IMG/VR virus record: IMGVR_UViG_3300031841_003139
Coordinates: 1-38,111 of that record
Direction: 5' to 3' (one strand)
Length of the DNA: 38,111 nucleotides
Source of the DNA: a virus
Taxonomy: Duplodnaviria > Caudoviricetes
Shown: one piece after another, positions 33,576-38,111 of the stretch
How the letters are laid out: each line of letters begins with the position of its first letter
How positions within the stretch are numbered: position 1 is the first letter of the stretch
The notes under the pieces: model-generated
Databases searched by the model: none
What the model saw: the letters and a program-made list of their open reading frames with translations, nothing else
What the model was told of the DNA's origin: nothing
Translations under genes and position numbers: made by a program

Positions 33576-35200
33576 AAATAAACCTCTCTGTCTCTTAAAA
33601 AACTTTCTATTTTTTCTATTAAAATTACAGCGTCCTTTTCAACTAACGCTTGAGCGCTTAAAACGTCAATCTGAAAACGCCAGTAAAAAAACTTGTGGCT
33701 TTGTGATTTAGTGTAGCCCTGTGATGAGTGATAACCGCCGACCCATCTTATTAACTCACGAAGTTTTTTTTGCGTTTCTTGTTTTTTTGCGTGTTTGTTT
33801 AAAACACCAACTTGCGCGTTACCATTTAAACCCCGTGGCATTTTAGGCGCACCGTCTATTTTAGCGATTTCGCCGCGCATTGCCTTTAATACTTCGGGGT
33901 CAAGTTCTTGTAAATCACCGTCGACTTGCTCGGGTGTCGCTCTGCTTTGTGGCTTGTTAACTTCACCGCAATAAGGGCAAGCAATATAAAAAGCCTCATA
34001 TTTGCCCGTACAACCCGAACAAGTTTTAAGCGGTATTAAATCGGGGTCGTGCTTGTTGCGTTTTGACTTTTCGCGTCGATCAAGTGTCCACACTCTTTCC
34101 TTATCTGGCAACCCGTGACGGTCAACGTTACCAACATGATCGATAATGATCCCGTACTCTTTACCGTCCATTAATCTCAAAACTCGACCGAACTGTTGAA
34201 CGTAAAGCCCGTAACTTTGTGTTGGTCGAGCAAAGCTAACAACCTCTAGCGCTGGTAAATCAAAACCCTCGCCAAACAGATCAACGTTAACTAGCTGTAA
34301 TATTTCTCTGTTTCTAAATTGCCTTAATATTTTAGCACGTTCAGTAATTGACGTTTCGCCGGTAACTAACTTGGCCGGAACGCCAGCGTCATTATATTTT
34401 TGAGTCAGTTCTTTTGCTGTTTCTATATCGACAGCGAAAGTGATCCCTAATTTATTAGGCGCTATTCTTAAGTAGTGACTAACTACGTCGCCTAGAATTT
34501 TTGAACGCTTGAAACGCTCTTTTGTTTCTTTCGGGCTAAACTCACCCTTGCCGGTAATCTTGACGCCTTCCATATTAAGATCTGACGGCGGCGCAAAAAT
34601 TCTATAATCAGTTAAATAGCCACGGTTGATCAACTCTCTCATTGTGGCACTAACAACCATTTGGTCAAACAATCCGTCGTGATGACGACCTAAACCAAGA
34701 CCGTCAGCCCGTAACGGTGTTGCTGTAACGCCTAAACCTTTAGCGTTAGGGAAAAGATCGCACGCTCTACCCCATTCGTTACCGTCAACAATATGATGCG
34801 CCTCGTCAGTAACCCACAAAGTTACTTGCTCGCACCATGATTTTAAACTTGCTTGTCGTGACAGTAATGTTTTAACCGACGCAACAGCGCATTTTGCAAC
34901 AGGGTTATAAAATTTTCGTCCGGTTTCCTCAATGTGGGTTTTGATTATTTCGGCAATCGTTGTATTGTTAGCAATTATGTTATGCTCTACGCCGAATTTT
35001 GCTAGTGATAATGATATTTGACCGACTAACTCGTTACGATGAGCGATAGCGCAAACTTTACCAATGTGATCATTAACCACCTTACCCATTAAAACGGTTT
35101 TACCGCTACCGGTAGGTGATACTAGCAATACATTTTTAACGGCTTGCCAAGCTTTATTAATATCGTATTCGCTGGCTAGTTGGTAATCCCTTAACTGCAT
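33572..35200 (-). CDS. Superfamily II (DEAH) helicase with C-terminal Zn ribbon
   Basis: LRDYQ, SPTGSGKT, DEAHH, TATP, EGFDLP, QQFGRVLR and CSGC...CPYC. Confidence 0.93.
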   Translation of the reverse strand: MQLRDYQLASEYDINKAWQAVKNVLLVSPTGSGKTVLMGKVVNDHIGKVCAIAHRNELVGQISLSLAKFGVEHNIIANNTTIAEIIKTHIEETGRKFYNPVAKCAVASVKTLLSRQASLKSWCEQVTLWVTDEAHHIVDGNEWGRACDLFPNAKGLGVTATPLRADGLGLGRHHDGLFDQMVVSATMRELINRGYLTDYRIFAPPSDLNMEGVKITGKGEFSPKETKERFKRSKILGDVVSHYLRIAPNKLGITFAVDIETAKELTQKYNDAGVPAKLVTGETSITERAKILRQFRNREILQLVNVDLFGEGFDLPALEVVSFARPTQSYGLYVQQFGRVLRLMDGKEYGIIIDHVGNVDRHGLPDKERVWTLDRREKSKRNKHDPDLIPLKTCSGCTGKYEAFYIACPYCGEVNKPQSRATPEQVDGDLQELDPEVLKAMRGEIAKIDGAPKMPRGLNGNAQVGVLNKHAKKQETQKKLRELIRWVGGYHSSQGYTKSQSHKFFYWRFQIDVLSAQALVEKDAVILIEKIESFLRDREVYL

Positions 35201-35532
35201 TTAATATATAACTCACCGATTAATTTTTTAGCTTTGTCTAAATCGTTTTTTAAACCTGCGATTTGATTACCTTTATCAATTAAGCTACGATCAAACCGGT
35301 CATGTGCTTCATTTAGTCGATGAATTTGTCTCTCTAGTTCTTGTTTTTTCATTAAATTATTATTATAAGCCATGTTAATATCAGCCATCAAACGATCAAT
35401 TGTAACGTCGCCTTTATATACTGCCAATCTTAATTCTCCCACGGGTGTAGGTATATCTCTTAATATCAACGGCATGTGTTCTGCCATGAAATTAAACATT
35501 TCCGCGTTAACGTTCACCATCATTATATCCAC
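35191..35532 (-). CDS. Hypothetical coiled-coil protein
   Basis: First gene of the leftward replication operon. Confidence 0.6.
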   Translation of the reverse strand: MDIMMVNVNAEMFNFMAEHMPLILRDIPTPVGELRLAVYKGDVTIDRLMADINMAYNNNLMKKQELERQIHRLNEAHDRFDRSLIDKGNQIAGLKNDLDKAKKLIGELYIKCS

Positions 35533-35553
35533 TGTTATTTAATTTGAACGAAC

Positions 35554-35594
35554 ATGATATTTCTTGTTGACAACTTTGTCAATAGTGTTATTAT
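35554..35594. promoter_or_regulatory. Overlapping divergent sigma70-like promoters
   Basis: Leftward TTGACA(35582-77)-N17-TATCAT; rightward TTGACA(35567-72)-N16-TATTAT with TGn; located at the strand switch. Confidence 0.75.
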
Positions 35595-35631
35595 TTTGAT
35601 TGTCAATAACAAACCAATAGGTGAAAAAACA

Positions 35632-36315
35632 ATGAGTAACATAAGTATAACCTTACCCCTAGACAATAAAGAAGCCTTACAACGGGCTTCCGATATGTTG
35701 ATGGGATTAGCTAACGACCTAACCGGTGAAACGCTGGGAATTAAATCAACGGTTGAAGAAACAAAACCCGCCGCTAGCGTTAAAAAAGAAACTACTAGCG
35801 ATAACGACGAGTTACCTTTAGACCACATCGACACTAAAGGCTTACGATGGGATGATCGAATCCACGTAGCAAGTCGCGCTATTCTAAAAGACGGCTCTTA
35901 TCGTCTAAAAGGTAAGGCGACGCCGGAATTAATTGAGCAAGTAAAGCAAGAGCAACAGGCGATGCAAGCCGCCGCCGACGCTGCTAACGGCGAAGCTGCA
36001 CCGGAAGGCGCGCTTGAGTTTGAAATAGGCGCTAACGGCGAAGCTGCACCGGTCACCACGCAATCAAACATAGCTAGTCAGGTTTTAGGTAATAACACTA
36101 CTCAACCTGAGCCTACGCCCACTAATGACGAGCCTTTGGATTTCGCATCGCTGGTACAATCAATAACTGCTCGACAAGCACAGAAAGCCGAATTTTCCAG
36201 CATTGTCGACGCTGTTCTAGCTGAAAACAACGTTAACGGTTTAACGTCTCTTTTGAGCTATCCTGATTTAGTGCCGGTAATCGGTAAGCGTTTGGATGAG
36301 TTATGGCAAGACTAA
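35632..36315 (+). CDS. Hypothetical replication/recombination-module protein; start at ATG 35632 (MSNISI)
   Basis: AGGTG SD; D..GL.WD.RIH motif; ANGEAAP duplicated (22 bp at 35983 and 36031). Confidence 0.7.
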   Translation: MSNISITLPLDNKEALQRASDMLMGLANDLTGETLGIKSTVEETKPAASVKKETTSDNDELPLDHIDTKGLRWDDRIHVASRAILKDGSYRLKGKATPELIEQVKQEQQAMQAAADAANGEAAPEGALEFEIGANGEAAPVTTQSNIASQVLGNNTTQPEPTPTNDEPLDFASLVQSITARQAQKAEFSSIVDAVLAENNVNGLTSLLSYPDLVPVIGKRLDELWQD

Positions 36316-37469
36316 GACCAAGCGCTAGCCATACGTTTTATTACTGTGCGGCTAGCGTACAATCTCAAGAGCGACACCCTCAAGCCGACACCGACGACAC
36401 GTTGGAAGGCACGGCGGCGCACTGGGTAGGCTCCGAGTGTTTAGAATCATTTAAAGCTAATAAAGCGCAGGGTATTAAAATACCTTTCGACTTTATCGGA
36501 TCAACAGCGCCTAACGGCGTTGTAATTGACGAAGGAATGGCCGATTCTGCTGACACTTATGTTAACAGCGTTTTAATGATTTGCGGCGAGCGTGGTTTGC
36601 TCCAAAAATTAAACATTGAAAAGCATGTTAAAATACCACGGGTTCACCCGACTGAATGCGAAGGTACACCCGACGCTAATATTTGGGACGAGTCCACTTT
36701 GACGCTTGACGTTTGGGATTTTAAACACGGTCATCGAACTGTTGAAACACGATTTAACCCACAGCTAGTTTGTTACGCTGTCGGCCTAGTCGATCTTTAC
36801 ACTGGCGGCAAATTCGATCCGAATTTAGTTACAATTAATTTTAGAATAGTTCAACCCAGATCGATGCACGTTGACGGTGTAGATCGTTGCTGGTCAGTTA
36901 AACTAGTTGAAATTATACCAATGCTAGAACGATTGATCAGTCAAGGCGCTAAGGCTCTAGGTGATAATCCCGAGGCGGTAACGGGTAATCATTGCGCTGA
37001 TTGCTCCGCATTGCTTCACTGTCAGGCAGCAATTAAGGCTTCAATGAACGGTTTAGATTTTGCTGGGACTATTGGGTTTGTGGATATTGAACAACACAAT
37101 TTAAAACCTTATCGTGAACAGTTAAAACGCGCGCATGATATAATTAGAAAACAATTATCATCCGTTGAATCTGAAATTGAAGCACTGATCGAAAACGGTC
37201 AACAGGTCTACGGTTTAACGTTAGATAACAAGCGAGGATCGTTAAAATGGTCTAAACCTGAAAATGAAATTAGAGCGCTTGCTAATCTAATGAAAGTCGA
37301 TTTATTTAAAGATAAACCGATAACGCCGAACCAAGCAAAAAAGTTAATTTCACCAAAAATTATTAAGCTTTACTCTCAACCATCTGTCGGTAAAAAAATT
37401 ATTGTCGACGTTGAAACAACCCGCGCATTTAAAGTTTTTAGCGCAAAACCAAAAGGTAATACACAATGA
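36303..37469 (+). CDS. DUF2800 / Cas4-like PD-(D/E)XK exonuclease
   Basis: LRPSAS...C, EGTAAH, GTPD, WDFKHG, NPQL.CYA.G, IVQPR and HCADC...HC (1+3 Cys Fe-S pattern). Confidence 0.88.
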   Translation: MARLRPSASHTFYYCAASVQSQERHPQADTDDTLEGTAAHWVGSECLESFKANKAQGIKIPFDFIGSTAPNGVVIDEGMADSADTYVNSVLMICGERGLLQKLNIEKHVKIPRVHPTECEGTPDANIWDESTLTLDVWDFKHGHRTVETRFNPQLVCYAVGLVDLYTGGKFDPNLVTINFRIVQPRSMHVDGVDRCWSVKLVEIIPMLERLISQGAKALGDNPEAVTGNHCADCSALLHCQAAIKASMNGLDFAGTIGFVDIEQHNLKPYREQLKRAHDIIRKQLSSVESEIEALIENGQQVYGLTLDNKRGSLKWSKPENEIRALANLMKVDLFKDKPITPNQAKKLISPKIIKLYSQPSVGKKIIVDVETTRAFKVFSAKPKGNTQ

Positions 37470-38111
37470 TATACGAAGATAAATACGTTACTGTCACGGG
37501 GATCGTCGTTTGGGACGGTTTAACTAATCCTGACACTAATGATAACGGAAAGCTAAAACATTCTTGTAAAATAGTTATCCATCCACAATCACCCGAGGCA
37601 CAAGAGGCGATGCAGCTAGCGACTAACGAGCTTAACAGCGGCGAGTTTAAAGGTGTATTACCTAACGGTGGCCGGTTCGCTCTTACTACTGCTGACGCCT
37701 CTGAGTTTAACGGAATGTTCCCTAATTATTATGTGATGAACGCCGGAACATATAACGGTTTACCGCAAGTTTTTGACGCTAATGGTGCGGTAATACCCGC
37801 AATGCAGTTGAACCAAATTTTATATGCTGGTGCACAAGTTGAATTGCTTGTTCATTTTTATTCCTATAACAATAAGTCTAAAGGTGTAGCAGCAGGTTTA
37901 GACGGTGTTAAAATCATCGACTCAACAACCCCTAGATTGCAGTTAGGCGGCGGCATTGATGCGTCTAAAATTCTAGGTGCTGGTGGCGGTGGTAGTCCAG
38001 TTAATCAACAGCAAATGCCGCAACAGCAAATGCCGCAACAGCAAATGCCGCAACAGCAAATGCCGCAACAGCAAATGCCGCAACAGCAAATGCCGCAACA
38101 GCAAATGCCGC
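37466..38111 (+). CDS. Partial single-stranded DNA-binding protein (DUF2815/gp2.5-like) with (QQQMP)n tail
   Basis: ATGA overlap; ...PQVFDANG...YAGAQV...FYSYNNKSKGVAAGLDGVKII..; position after the DUF2800-like gene is typical. Confidence 0.8.
   Translation, partial: MIYEDKYVTVTGIVVWDGLTNPDTNDNGKLKHSCKIVIHPQSPEAQEAMQLATNELNSGEFKGVLPNGGRFALTTADASEFNGMFPNYYVMNAGTYNGLPQVFDANGAVIPAMQLNQILYAGAQVELLVHFYSYNNKSKGVAAGLDGVKIIDSTTPRLQLGGGIDASKILGAGGGGSPVNQQQMPQQQMPQQQMPQQQMPQQQMPQQQMPQQQMP
38006..38111 (+). repeat. 15-bp perfect tandem repeat CAACAGCAAATGCCG x7, running off the window
   Basis: Read directly from the sequence. Confidence 0.97.

Noticed and set aside
35535-35834. 99-aa minus-strand ORF, and the 26-codon 5' extension of the 35554 ORF
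   Set aside because: Both overlap the divergent promoter; ATG 35632 has a proper SD.
36303-37469. CRISPR-associated Cas4
   Set aside because: Context beside an SSB with no cas1/cas2 or array fits the stand-alone phage DUF2800 exonuclease.

Overview
This window is most of a tailed dsDNA phage genome with siphovirus gene content. Two-component spanins imply a Gram-negative host. Both ends fall inside perfect tandem repeats (66 bp left, 15 bp right), so it is probably an assembly fragment. On the minus strand, 22.0 kb down to 1 holds terS, terL, portal, minor head protein, protease/scaffold, decoration protein, major capsid, head-tail connectors, major tail protein, a frameshifting tail chaperone, tape measure, two paralogous distal-tail genes, DUF1833-like, NlpC/P60, tail tip, a lysis block (GH108 endolysin, holin, i/o-spanin), an exported SdiA-regulated-like propeller and a repeat protein. 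22.0-22.4 kb is an AT-rich locus flanked by inverted iteron-like repeats (origin or packaging site). 22.4-29.2 kb is small accessory genes under sigma70-like promoters. 29.2-35.5 kb holds primase-helicase, a TetR-like HTH, a DNA methyltransferase, VRR-NUC and an SF2 helicase. Beyond a divergent promoter, the plus strand carries a DUF2800/Cas4-like nuclease and a DUF2815-like SSB. I saw no integrase, tRNA or CRISPR array. The most striking signal is at 24.2-25.4 kb: unrelated mini-genes joined by an identical 21-bp linker (AACCATAAGGAATAGATGATG). The linker packs stop codons in all three frames, a Shine-Dalgarno and a double ATG. It sits in a 3.5-kb operon built from several families of junction repeats, making it a candidate frame-independent gene-cassette shuffling system. 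A gene-32-like H-type pseudoknot also lies upstream of a Cys-rich exported protein. All family names come from motif recognition by eye; no searches were run.
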